This document shows, piece by piece, positions 34,541 through 46,700 of a stretch of DNA of 64,000 bases (position 1 is its first letter; each line of letters opens with the position of its first letter). Location of the stretch: assembly GCA_048013815.1 (NCBI GenBank), contig CM106586.1, positions 310,001-374,000 of the forward strand, in the 5' to 3' direction. A program made the translations under genes and the position numbers. Below the pieces are notes generated by a model. It searched no databases, had not been told where the DNA came from, and saw nothing but the letters and a program-made list of their open reading frames with translations. The DNA comes from Setoptus koraiensis (Eukaryota; Animalia; Arthropoda).

Positions 34541-35447
34541 CGTGTTGGTCAACGACAGAGAAGCGACGCAACACTATCTAAAAACGTTGAGCGACAGAAT
34601 ATCGCTCGTAAGGAAAGAGGCGGAAATGAACACCGCGGCAGCAATTGTTCTGGCTTTCTTCATGGGATAGAAGTGATGGCCAATGAAATCGCGACCAGTG
34701 CCAGCGAGTGGCGCTACAACAAGAAAGTCATCTTCAACTTGTTCAACCTGCTGCAGGCCCAAGACAAGTACAGCAGTCTTATAAGTAGGCACGGCAGACC
34801 AATTGCATGTTCGTACCTCAATGATACCTTAATATTGAGCTTCATCACCCACAAGGTGGACGAGAAAACTACGATATTCAAGTTCAACACGTTTAGGCAT
34901 TACACCGGCCCCAAAGAAAATCTGTGTCTGCGGGAGTGGAATGGGCCGACCTTGATCCTTGCCAACACGACGGCAGAATGTTTCAAGACGCTCTCCCTGA
35001 CTGATCTTAGCACCGATCAGACAGTAAGGACAGCCTGCGCGAGCAGTCAGAGCCTTCCACAGTTTGATAAACTCTGGAAAACATCACATTGCGTGAACGG
35101 CTCAGACATCACGGTGGCAGAGCAGACATGGGTGGTCACCAGTGAAGACTTCCACCACATTTACTGCTACACGGAAAATGTCACACTGGCAAGAAAAGGA
35201 GATTACGAATGCCCAAACTTCGTCTTCAAGATACCAGACGACGAGGCATTCCAAATCGGCGCATACAAATATCATGCCGAAAGCATCAAAATAGCAACCC
35301 ACGAGGACTTCAAAAGCACAGCCTCATCGAGGATCCTCTACCAGCTCAACACTAAGGCGGAGCCCATGGTTCTAGAAAAGTTCCAAAAAGGAAAAGAGCT
35401 TATTGACTCGATGAAAGCCACGGAGACCCTTAATTTAAGAAGGGGGA
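34541..35447 (+). pseudogene. env: Gypsy env-like ectodomain fragment without TM, abutting PPT
   Basis: WRYNKKVIFNLFNL, HIYCY, ECPNFVFKIP align to gypsy-1 env WRRRKMSKALVELFNL, YIYCY, YCPTHVFSLP; frameshift near 34665; AAGAAGGGGGA before LTR. Confidence 0.75.
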
Positions 35448-35622
35448 TGTTAGGAAGAGACTGCCACGGCTTCTGACGCGATGTTATACTCGGCACAGAA
35501 GCCAGAAGCCGAACTGTGCTGCGCACAGATCGGCACAACCAATAATGTATCCCTGCTCCGCTATATAAGTGAGCGCAGTGTTCTAAATGAAGCAGACTAG
35601 TTTTCACCTTCTTACACTAACA
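35448..35622 (+). repeat. Compact 175-bp LTR
   Basis: TGTTAG...CTAACA termini, TATATAAG, preceded by PPT. Confidence 0.75.
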
Positions 35623-35624
35623 AC

Positions 35625-35933
35625 TGTTGGGTTTCATCCAGGAAAGTGGCTTTATTTAAGTTTGGTGTGCGATTTATATAGTGTGCATGTATTGGGCCCT
35701 GGTGCCACTCTCCAAGATTTCGTCCTTGTTGGGCATCGGGTAAACCCACTTCTTAGTAGTGCTGTTGAGGCGGCGGTAGTCCATGCAGAATCTGGTGGAT
35801 CCATCGCGCTTCTTAACCAGCACCGGGCTGGCAAATGGGGACGTGGACTCTTTTATTACTCCCTTGCGGAGCATTTCGTCTACTTGATTCTGTATTGTTT
35901 CTTTTTCTTTAAATGCGAGCTGGCGCAGGGGAG
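35625..35933 (-). pseudogene. pol: Gypsy RT fragment fused to R/U5 end of another LTR family
   Basis: GVIKESTSPFASP-VLVKKRDGSTRFCMDYRRLN; 35625-35680 matches LTR end at 37201-37260. Confidence 0.75.
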
Positions 35934-36931
35934 TTTTTAGCGCTTAATTTTAATTAAGCTGCTATTGGGGTGGTGATGATGACTAGGTTTATTCACGTGA
36001 CTATGTAATCCTATGGAGGTTTGACTTAGTCAAATTTGTGAGAATCCTGCTAGATATTACACATGTATTCCGATGTAGATTTGACTTGGTCTATTATCGC
36101 TTTACTCGAAAATATTTCGTATGCAATCCTATGGAGATTTGACTAGGTCGAATTTGTGAGGAGCTCGGTGGTGACAAATCGAACTTCAAAATTGAAAATT
36201 CGAATTTCTAATAAGAGTTTCAGCTGCTAGTTCGAAGTTAGTGGTTGAGTGTTCTTAGTTCTATGGTCAGAGTTCGATGGTCACATTTCGAACTTCGAAA
36301 TTCGAAATTGAAAATTCGATTTCCTGATGATAGTTCCATCTGCTCCGTCGAAGTTCGATGGTTACAATTCGAAGTTCGGTGGCCACAATTCGAACTTCGA
36401 AATTCGAAATTGAAAATTCGATTTCCTGATGATAGTTCCATCTGCTCCGTCGAAGTTCGATGGTTACAATTCGAAGTTCGGTGGCCACCATTCGAACTTC
36501 GAAATTCGAAATTGAAAATTCGATTTTCTAGTGATAGTTTCATCTGCTCTGTCGGAGTTCGGTGGTCAGTGTTCGATGGTCAGAGTTCGATGGCCACAAT
36601 TCGAACTTCGAAATTCGAAATTGAAAATTCGATTTCCTGATGATAGTTCCATCTGCTCCGTCGAAGTTCGATGGTTACAATTCGAAGTTCGGTGGCCACA
36701 ATTCGAACTTCGAAATTCGAAATTGAAAATTCGATTTTCTAGTGATAGTTTCATCTGCTCTGTCGGAGTTCGGTGGTCAGTGTTCGATGGTCAGAGTTCG
36801 ATGGTCACATTTCGAACTTCGAAATTGAAAATTCGATTTCCTGATGATAGTTTCATCTGCTCTGTCGAAGTTCGATGGTCAGAGTTCGATGGTCACATTT
36901 CGAACTTCGAAATTCGAAATTGAAAATTCGA
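35934..36931 (+). mobile_element. HINE 5' part with TTCGAA satellite, cut by MITE
   Basis: TTTTTAGCGCTTAATTT start at 35934; satellite ~36170-36931. Confidence 0.85.
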
Positions 36932-37190
36932 GGTTATTCTATCGAATAGTGACCACGCCCAATTTGGGTATTTTGGGTATTTTCGGGTAGGGTATTGTGC
37001 CCTGAGACCGGAAAAGGTATTTCGGAAGTGCGGAAATTCTTCGTTCCCGAGATACCCGAGGTACCGCATTCTGGGTATTTGAGGGCATATTGACGGTACC
37101 ATCGGCCGCACCGACCCGCCCGAATATCCGGTGATGTACTATTGTCATTATACCGATGGTAAATTGAAAAAATTTCGAGTTCCACTACTC
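36932..37190. mobile_element. Left part of family-M MITE (subfamily like 39878-40883)
   Basis: GGTTATTCTATCGAATAGTGACCACGCCCAATTTGGG resembles 39878-39960. Confidence 0.7.
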
Positions 37191-37431
37191 AGAACCTCCA
37201 TGTTAGGTTTCATCCACGAAAGTGGCTTTATTTAAGTTTGGTGTGCGATGTTATTTTCGTGTAATGTAATTGTGTTTATTCTACTATGTTACACTATATA
37301 TATATGATTAAAAATACATGGTGTTTCAAAAGCGCGGCCAGATTCGCGCATGCGATAGACGACATGTATAACACCGTCTTCTACCTTACTGTTAAGGTGT
37401 TTCAATTCGTCAGTCAATTTATTGCATGATT
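37191..37431 (-). repeat. Gypsy LTR 3' end plus PBS, runs into gap
   Basis: Minus strand ...AATAAAGCCACTTTCGTGGATGAAACCTAACA-TGGAGGTTCT. Confidence 0.7.
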
Positions 37432-37931
37432 NNNNNNNNNNNNNNNNNNNNNNNNNNNNNNNNNNNNNNNNNNNNNNNNNNNNNNNNNNNNNNNNNNNNN
37501 NNNNNNNNNNNNNNNNNNNNNNNNNNNNNNNNNNNNNNNNNNNNNNNNNNNNNNNNNNNNNNNNNNNNNNNNNNNNNNNNNNNNNNNNNNNNNNNNNNNN
37601 NNNNNNNNNNNNNNNNNNNNNNNNNNNNNNNNNNNNNNNNNNNNNNNNNNNNNNNNNNNNNNNNNNNNNNNNNNNNNNNNNNNNNNNNNNNNNNNNNNNN
37701 NNNNNNNNNNNNNNNNNNNNNNNNNNNNNNNNNNNNNNNNNNNNNNNNNNNNNNNNNNNNNNNNNNNNNNNNNNNNNNNNNNNNNNNNNNNNNNNNNNNN
37801 NNNNNNNNNNNNNNNNNNNNNNNNNNNNNNNNNNNNNNNNNNNNNNNNNNNNNNNNNNNNNNNNNNNNNNNNNNNNNNNNNNNNNNNNNNNNNNNNNNNN
37901 NNNNNNNNNNNNNNNNNNNNNNNNNNNNNNN
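37432..37931. other. Assembly gap, exactly 500 N
   Basis: N run of fixed length. Confidence 1.
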
Positions 37932-38050
37932 GATAGTTTGTAATGCGCGCTCCGCCGGAGCATCTGCACGAGCTGACACTGGGTGGCGCTGCTGCTGAAC
38001 TTGCGTTATTCTGATAATTTGTAAAGCGCGCTCCGGTGGAGCGTGCAAAA

Positions 38051-38118
38051 TTGGTTGGTTTGTTTGGTTGGTTGGTTTGGTTGGTTGGTTGGTTGGTTGG
38101 TTGGTTGGTTGGTTGGTT
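38051..38118 (-). repeat. (AACC)n tract at 3' end of non-LTR element, left copy
   Basis: (TTGG)n run immediately after AATAAAAGCCACTT (minus strand). Confidence 0.9.
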
Positions 38119-38342
38119 AAGTGGCTTTTATTTATATATATGTTACATCAAAAGAAGATATGATACATTACATATATATCCGGGTCGTGGTGCAACTCAT
38201 TTGGGATCTATCGACCATGAGTTATATGACCCGCCGGGTTTTAAAGTTTAAAAGAACGTCAGAGCCCGAATCCCTGCGTGTCTTACATCTTATTTCAGCC
38301 GATTACATTAGTTGACAATTGATTAAATTGACTTGTGTTTTG

Positions 38343-39877
38343 TTATCCTTCGTGATTGGTCCCATCATTGATTGCCAATAATGCTATTCGGGAATTCTCG
38401 ATCCAGTCAAGCTTTTTATTCTTATGAATGAATTTCTTGAGCCTGTAATAGGCAGTTCTATCTGCCATAATATCCTTCAGTGTATTGTACCCTTTTGGTT
38501 TGATATACTCTTCCAAGACCTGTCTGTCCTCATTGTATGCCTGGCATTCAAATGTGTAATGTTCCGCATTATCTATGGCCCTGATGTTGCGACTTGCGCA
38601 CGGTTCACAGTAGGGATATCTAACCAGTTCTTGTTTGCTTAGCATATCGTTAAAATAGCCATGGCCTGTTAAAATCTGCGTTATCCGATAGCCCGGAGTA
38701 ATCCATTTCATCTGAAGTCTGTCGATAACATTGGGAAATATTCGTCGGGTGTGCTTGCCCCAGGTTTTTGGATCAGCGTTCTCTCTTAGATAGCAGTCAT
38801 TCCAAATGTCTGCCATCCATTTTTTAACTTGGGCTTTATGATCTTTTACTTTTTCTGAGTCTATGTCGTATATACTTGTGTCTACTTCCGGCCATATCTC
38901 GCTTGTTTCGTGTAGTTTGATGTATTCAATGTTTGCCCAGATCAGCCTGATTGCATTTGCCGAGTCTGAGTTGTTCATATCTCTGTGGATCAGCTCACTG
39001 TATTTGATGCCTGTTGCGTTCTCGAAGTAAATAAAGTGGAACGTTTTGTCGTTTTGGAGCAATCGTCTTCTTTTGAGTTGATCCACAATGTATTCTGTTG
39101 CCAATAGTTGCATTGTAACTGTCGTTCCTTTCCACATTGGTGTCTTCCTAAGTCTATACGCTTTGATAGTCTCGCCAGTTAGGAGATCCAAGTGATATGA
39201 GTATACATGAGTGGCATCCTCTTCAGCCTTAATATAATGATGCTCAATGTGATTTCCTATTGGTGTTGTGAGCAGGCTGTATCCTCTTTTTGTTCTTTTA
39301 TTGTTGACCCGTCTTACGTATGTGTTTGGTGCCGGTAGTTGATGTGTTTTTATTATTTCCGGTATTCCTACCTTGATTCTGCACCTCCTAATTAATGACA
39401 AATTACTCAGTGTTTGTCCCTTGTGCGAGTGTGTATAGCCATGCACATTGCTTAGGTACCAGTTTATGGCTTGTTCTTCGATTAATAAATTAATAGGTAG
39501 GACTCCGCTAACAATGTTTGCTATTGAGCTAGATATCTTTGAGTATGCCCTACAGAGCCTTACTAGTTTCTCTCTCTGCCATTTGACCAGGGCATTAGTG
39601 CATTTTCTACTTTTCACCACCTTGTGCCAGATCGGTGATCCGTACGTGAGTACTGGCTGGATGGCTCCTTCAAAGATTCGTATTGCATTCCTGGGGTCTA
39701 GTCCCCACTTGTTGCTGCAAGCGGGCGATAGTAGTTGCCACTTTGTATTTGCTTTTTTCATTGCTATTTCTACATGTTCGGTCCACGTAAGTTCATTGTT
39801 TATGTATAAACCCAATATTCTAACCAGTTTAGATTCGGTTATTATATGTTTGTCCACCTTGATGCTGAACACATTTG
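38343..39877 (-). CDS. pol: ORF2 C-terminal part (RT thumb, RNase H-like remnant, zinc finger)
   Basis: VRILGLYINNELTWTEH; ITQILTGHGYFN; CEPC..DNAEHYTFEC; rejoins 40884 in frame once the MITE and one TSD are removed (..GRTNV|FSIK..), giving ~1464 aa. Confidence 0.9.
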
Positions 39878-40883
39878 GGTTATTGTTCGGAACACGTACC
39901 ACGCCCAATTTGGGTATTTTGGGTATTTTTTGGTAGGGTATTGTGCCCTGATATCCGAATAGGAATTCCGGAAGTGCGGAAATTCTTCGTTCCCGAGTTA
40001 CCCGAGGTACCGCATTGTGGGTATTTTAGGGTATTTGGAGGCATATTGACGATACAATCGATCGTACCCACCCGAACGGACATCGGTTAGGGTACCAACA
40101 TCTTTATACCGAAGATAGATTGCACCTAGAAGCTCTAGAAGTCGAGTAAAAGCAGTCGAACTGAAGAGGCGTGACCGATGCGTGCGGCGCGGAGTGAAAC
40201 TGCACCCGCAATTAGTCAGACTACACACCGAGTCTCAGCGCGTGCACTATTACTATTTGCTACCAGTTGCGCGTGCCCATTCACGTGTGGACCAGATTCA
40301 CGTACATCACACGATCAGGGATATATCCACAAACTTTTGGGATTTTACCACCGAAAAAGAGTTCCACAGTCGAGCAGGTTGGGCCCGGGCCGGAAGAGGG
40401 GTTCGGCCTCCAGTCGTCCACGCCTACGGCCTGCGGCCTCCGGCGGGACGACTGACGGCCACCTAACTAAAAAAGATTCTTCCCGAGGAATGGGAGTCGA
40501 GTGGGCGGGGCCCGTGATCGGGCCGGGTTTCTTTCATATATGGTGTGAACCCGCTTTAAAGACCGTAACTAGGTGGTAGTACAGCCGAATCGCGTCAGTT
40601 TGCAAACCGGAAGTGTGACTTGCACTTATTGTCCAATCGCCAACGAGTTGATGTAAGAGATTTACCTCAACGCTATCACATAGATAGCATCTGGATCTAG
40701 ACAATCATACAAAAATCTAAGGTCTGGGGCCCCTCAGAGGCCCGGAAAATGCATTTTTCCATATCTCCGGAAGTAGAAATTTCCGCACTTCCGGACCACT
40801 ATATTTGTTCTTTAGGGCCCCTTCGGGGCCCATGTGTGAAGTTTGGAGGAAATCGGGCTTGGTACGTGTTCCGAACAACACCC
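39878..40883. mobile_element. Family-M MITE (1006 bp) in ORF2, 8-bp TSD CACATTTG
   Basis: TSD at 39870-39877 and 40884-40891; TIRs GG(T/G)T(A/G)TTGTTCGGAACACGTACCA. Confidence 0.95.
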
Positions 40884-43751
40884 CACATTTGTCCTGCCTT
40901 TGTTTTTGAGACTTAGGTTTCTTTGTTTGGCTTGCTGTAGGTCTTCTGTAGTTCCCGTAATAGCTTGGTTATCTGTACAATCCATCAGACTCCTATGTCT
41001 TATTTGTTCAAAATACAATAGTTCAGTTTTTTCTGGGCCGAAGCTCAGTTTTACTGATGTGCCCCAGTTTAGGACTCTTTTCAGAGCTCTCTTGATTTTG
41101 CTTTGTAGTAACTCTTGTGTTCTGGCCCATATTATAAGAGTGGCATCATCCGCGTAAGCTACTATGCGAGTGTCCGTATTCTCGTTTGCTATTCGCAGCA
41201 AGTCATTGTAGACTATGTTCCACAGCATAGGACCGGACGATGATCCTTGCGGACAGCCGCGATTAGGTGATTTATCTGAGGTAATGCCATTGTATTCGAG
41301 AATCGCCTTTCTGTCTGCTAAGTATGATTTAGCTAAGCTGAGTAAGTTGTGGCTTATCCCTGATTTGCGTAATTGACGTATGATCTCCGGGTGCCATGCG
41401 TTGTCGAAGGCCCCGGAAACGTCCAGACATATGATAGCCACTACTCCTTCTTTGCGTTTGTCATTGACCGTGTCTACAATCTCTTTTACTGCATGAATTG
41501 TGGACTTGTGGGCCTCGAATCCATTTTGTTCTTGACTAATACCCGTTGTTTGTCGAAATTGTCCCATGATATTGTTGATGACAATCTTATCCAATAGTTT
41601 AGCCATGTTGCTTAACAGACATATGGGACGCCACCCTTTGACCGTCGCTGGGTCTTTGCCTGGTTTGGGGATCATAACCACGAAGGCCACTTTCCATTGC
41701 TTAGGGAAGTATCCTTGTAGTAAGCAATTTTGGATTATGGTAGTGATATGTCTGGTTACTTTCCCTGCGATACCTCGCAGCAGTTCTCCAGTTATTCCGT
41801 CTATTCCCGGAGCTTTCTTGTATGGTAAAGTGTTGATAAGCGTATCTACTTCCTGTTGAGTGATTGTTATATCTTCAAATTGACTATAGTGCTCCTTTCT
41901 GTTGTCCTCTCGGATACATTTTTGTTGTTCCGTATCGGTGTTGATGTCATCGTTTGGAAATGATGCTGCCATTAAGGCGTCTAACACCTGTTTGTAGTCA
42001 GTAATTTGTTTTCCATCCGGAGTGGTGATGGCTTGCATACAAGTTTTGAATTTCCGCTTATTCATAATTGTTTTGTATGCTGATTCCCAAGCGCCTATGC
42101 TCGAGGATATCGATACGTATTCCATCCACGAGTCTTTTCTGGCTTGTTTGATCTCTTTGACATATAGTTTCTTGGCTAAATCCATGTTGGCTTTGACTTC
42201 TGGGTCATTGCCATGCTCGGTGTTGTAATATGCCCTAGCTGCGTTCTTATAAGTGCTACGGAGCTTCGTTAGTTTTGAGTTCCACCATGGTGCAGCGTTG
42301 TCGCTTTTTTTATGTCGCATTTTACCAGATAGTATTTCTCTGGCTTTGCGCTTCCATCTACTGTACCCCTTTTTTGATGTTATAATCTCAAGTGTTATAT
42401 AAATGTTTACCGGTTGTCTAGTATCGGTATTGTTTTCAATGTCCCAAAGTTGTTGAGTTATTCCGGTGATCTGGTATGCAGTGATGGGTTCATTTGTTAC
42501 GCATTTAAATAGATATTTATGGGCTCTGTTATTGTTGCTGCACCTTATTGAGCCGTTTATTGTTATTTCTTGTGTGTATGAGCTTGTTTTTATGTTGTTG
42601 GTGCCTTTTGATGAGCTTATTATAGGTTTTATGTTCGTTGTGGCCTGATACTTTTCAACCGTTGCGTGAATATGATTGGTAAGATCTGCTACCGCATTAT
42701 CGATTTTATGATTGTCTTCCAGTATTGCTGGTATTTTCCTGCTGAGATATTGGTCATCAATTAGGTTATTTATGCTGATAATATCTTGTTGGTTAAGCCT
42801 GCCAAAAGTTTTTCTAATACTTCTGTACCTTGGCTTATTATCATTTATTTCTATGAGGATTGGCGCGTGGTCACTTATGGCCGAGCCTGGATCTATGCGC
42901 CACTCATTTAGTTTTGTCAGAGTGTTCTTATCCACCAGTGTGAGGTCTATATTACTCATGCCTAGTGCGTTACTGTTTGCGTTTGGGTCGATTTGGTTGT
43001 TGGTGGCTCTGTATGTTGCTGACCCTTGTGCGAAGTTAATGGCGTTTAGGTTGTATAATCCATTGATTTCTGCGAAGTTAATCAGTAGATTAGCTCTTGT
43101 ATTATCTATTTGCCTAACAAACGAGTCCCAGCTCGGATGGCGAGTGTTAAAATCTCCCGCTATTATGAGACCTTTGTTTTTGTGTTCTTTAATTAGTTTG
43201 GTGAGGTCACTATATAGCTTGGCCAGATAGCTTGTCTCGGTACCATCATTGTTTAGTATGATTTCGTTACGTTTTGGTTTTACATAGACTGACACTACTA
43301 GGTATTGTCTATCGGCCTCTATTATGGCTGCCGTGTAGTCCAGCGGTGCTTTACCACCTTCTCCTGTGATACAGATGAATGGCATAGCCTTATTGCAGCA
43401 TATTATTGCTGCGGACGTAATTGCCTGTCCAGTTGCTGTTAGCGTCTTCCTGCTACTACATCTGACATTATGACCCATTCCGGTTATCTTTCCGTCTCTA
43501 CTTGTATGCTTCTCGCTAGCAATGATTAAGTCTGCTTTGTAGGTATGAGCTTCTTCTAACAAGGTACAGTTGGCCTCTGAGGATTTGCGACAGTTCGCCT
43601 GAATTATTCTTATACTGCCTTGGTGCAAAGATACGTTTGTGAGTCTTTTTCCCGCTTGGTGTTCTCTTGAGCCAAGTGAGGTACTCTTGGTCTGGTAGCC
43701 AAATCGAACTTTTCGTCGTCGAACTTTTTTGTGTCGAGCCATTGCAGACAT
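40884..43751 (-). CDS. pol: ORF2 N-terminal part: APE endonuclease + reverse transcriptase
   Basis: IRIIQANC, IIASE, IAGDFN, SNIDLTL, SDH; KAPGIDG, WRPICLLS, LDVSGAFD, GCPQGS, YADD. Confidence 0.95.
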
Positions 43752-46700
43752 TCTAACTCGTCATTCCTTGTGCTGTAATAATTCACGTACGATCTATTAT
43801 TTTCAATTCCATTTGTGAATAACTTCGTGTTAATTGAATCATCGATAAATTGGATATTGTATAAATTGTCATCATGGAATATATATTGAATTCTGCATTC
43901 TCTATTGCTCATCCATATAGAATAAAAGTGAGCATATGTCCGAGAATACGAGAGCCGGAATATGTCTGGTGGATTACTCGTATTACTGTGGTGGATATAA
44001 ATATTGAGCAAAGAGGATATTGGCGGCCACGAAACGGACCTTACACCGATTACTATTTTAAGACCAAGGTCGACAAAGATTTCAACGTTACAACCATAAG
44101 GGTCTTGACCAATGAAGACGCCGGCTTCACTATTGATAGCGTGCGATTGTCCGATTGAACCGTCGTTGGTTATATTAGAGAGAACCATCTCCCATTTATC
44201 TTGTAGCATACATATAATAGTTGTTGAAAATAAACTTGCTCTCTTATAACGGGATGAGATTTCATTATTAATAATTATAGTTCTGTCGAGTTTTAAATTT
44301 CTGGGACTTGTTGTTGCATTGATGATTTTTTGCATGTAACCTTGTTTGTATTTATTAACAATCACTTCATTGTAATTGATTAAACATTGTGAATACCTGT
44401 TGCATTGATGAATAATAGTGTTTTGGTTGCTTAATTTGTTTCTATCGTTGTGCAATGGATACCTATTTGGGTTGCATTTGTGCAATTTGATACATCTTGC
44501 ATCATTCTGATTGTAACTTTTGGTGTTGTGCACATTTCTTATTTTCTGCTCATTTGCACAGAGAGCAGTTTTTGTGCTTGTTCTTATGTGTCTGTTCCAT
44601 GTTATTCCTGCGCTTGTTTGCATTCTGTGCATTTTGATGTTTTCTTGTGCCAGGTGTTCTGTTCCTGTGCCAAGAATGTAGTTTGTGCGCGGGACGTGTT
44701 TCTTTGTCCATTTCATATTGATGAGTGGGCCCCGACTTTTTCGAAATATTAATGCCATCTTAATAATAGTTACATTTTTAGAAACCTCATAACACAACGA
44801 TAAATAATCTGCAAAAATTATAATAATACCACGCAAGACCTTCAAATTATTCAACTTTAACGAAATAGGCAAATTCAAGTAATCCAAATTGCAGCAACAG
44901 TTGTTTTCACAACTACATTCCTCCAACCGATTACCAAAATTCCTCATTAAATAATTGAAACAGTTGTTGTAACAACTATATTCTTCAGTATGCCTCCAAG
45001 GAAAACAAGAAAAATTACTGCTAGCTCGACATCTGGTGTCGTAGCTCTTTGTGACAATGAATCTGACCATGAGGATTTGGCTCCTGCCATAAGTGTAACT
45101 AATGATACTTTTTATACCTCGAAGGCCCGAGCAAGAAAATCCACTAATGAGAAAGATCACTTGGCGATAGACATCGCTAAAGTGACTTCGTTGAATTTCC
45201 CAGAGCTTAAATTTTCGCAGGACCAATTGGATCGAGCCGGATTCGCCTGTCAGCATTATTTTGAGAGAGGAACTCGGATGGTACGCCATGGGGCTTTCAA
45301 GGATCAAAGAAGGGTTCGTTTTATGCTTGGTTCCATGTTCAAAAGGAAGGCTAATTTGGCAATCGTCCGTAATTATGATGTAGTTAGTTTCCTCATTCCT
45401 GATGGCGAAGGATTCGGGAACCCATTGCTCATCTCCTGTTTTTATGGAAACAATTATATTGGCTATCGTAACGATAAAAATTCGGAACCATTCCCTGGAC
45501 TGGATGCTAACCATATTATTTTGCAAAGTGTGGTAATTCATACAGTTTCCAACATGACTGCCTATAAGACAATTCCAGTTCACCTTCGCAAGGGAATTCT
45601 CCTGCAGGATCCTCAGTTGGAGGAGGCGGACCATAGTATTAGGTCGTTTGATAAAATATTCTGGTCTATCCGAGTGGTGAAAGCGAAAGAATATACTGAT
45701 AAGATGTTTGTTATAGCCAAGTTGTGTGCCGGATTGGAGAGATATATTGCTCATGATGCCCCAACAAGAGCCATTAATTGCCACGGAGATTATTCTAACC
45801 AGAAGTGGAAGTTCCAAGATACAATGGAGAAGCCCGAGAGTTACATCAAGAGATTTGAGGATCCGGACAATTCTCCCTTTAGAGTGGACAGTATTGATCG
45901 TCACCCGCAATCCGATGAGTCTTTCAATATGCCTCACCGATTGTTGAGTGGCTTGTCTAGTGATACAAAGCCTTCTAGTTTGCCATTCGATCGTTGTTTT
46001 GGTTGTACCGATCCATTTTCTTGCACTGCATTTAACGCCAGCTGTAGGGAATACTTCGAACGGATCTCCCATGGATTTCCAGTTGAATATTATAACGTAC
46101 TTAATTACCGGACCACTGACATTGTAGGAGACAAGGTGACTGAGATCACACGGATTGGTATTCAACCTATTTGCTTTAGAGGCCACTTCATATGGGCTAT
46201 CTTTTTCAATGATAGTGAGCACCTGCCGGTTACCCATTTGGTGTTTTATAAATTTCACAAGGAGATGTACCTGAGTTATGAAGATAGCAAGTCCGTCAAA
46301 GCTATTTTGAGAAGCCGCTTCGATTTTGGTAGCGACTGTTTCTTGCTTGAGGACGAATCCAGCTTGGGACGGTATTGTTATTATGTAAGCTCTACTAGGA
46401 AGTGTCCATGTGTTAATCGACCATGGGAACTTCTTCATTCTGTAATATTTATGTGCCCATTCGGACCAAATGAGATAGATGGAGAACACGGACAGACCTC
46501 TATCATCAATAGACAGAGAAACAATTATCTTATTGAGGAGGCGCTCAATGCCAATCACGTTAATTTTAAGGACTTCTCTGTAGGTGAATTGGCCATTCTT
46601 GGATTGTCTAATGAAGAGGCTAAGGAGATTGCCCATTATTACGAGGACGACTTCCAGCTGACCGTCAAGAATCCGTATCATAATCGGGAGCCATTGCCTG

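Noticed and set aside
37215-37235. Similarity of LTR end AATAAAGCCACTT to the non-LTR 3' end AATAAAAGCCACTT
   Set aside because: About 13 nt centred on a polyA signal; too short to infer common origin.
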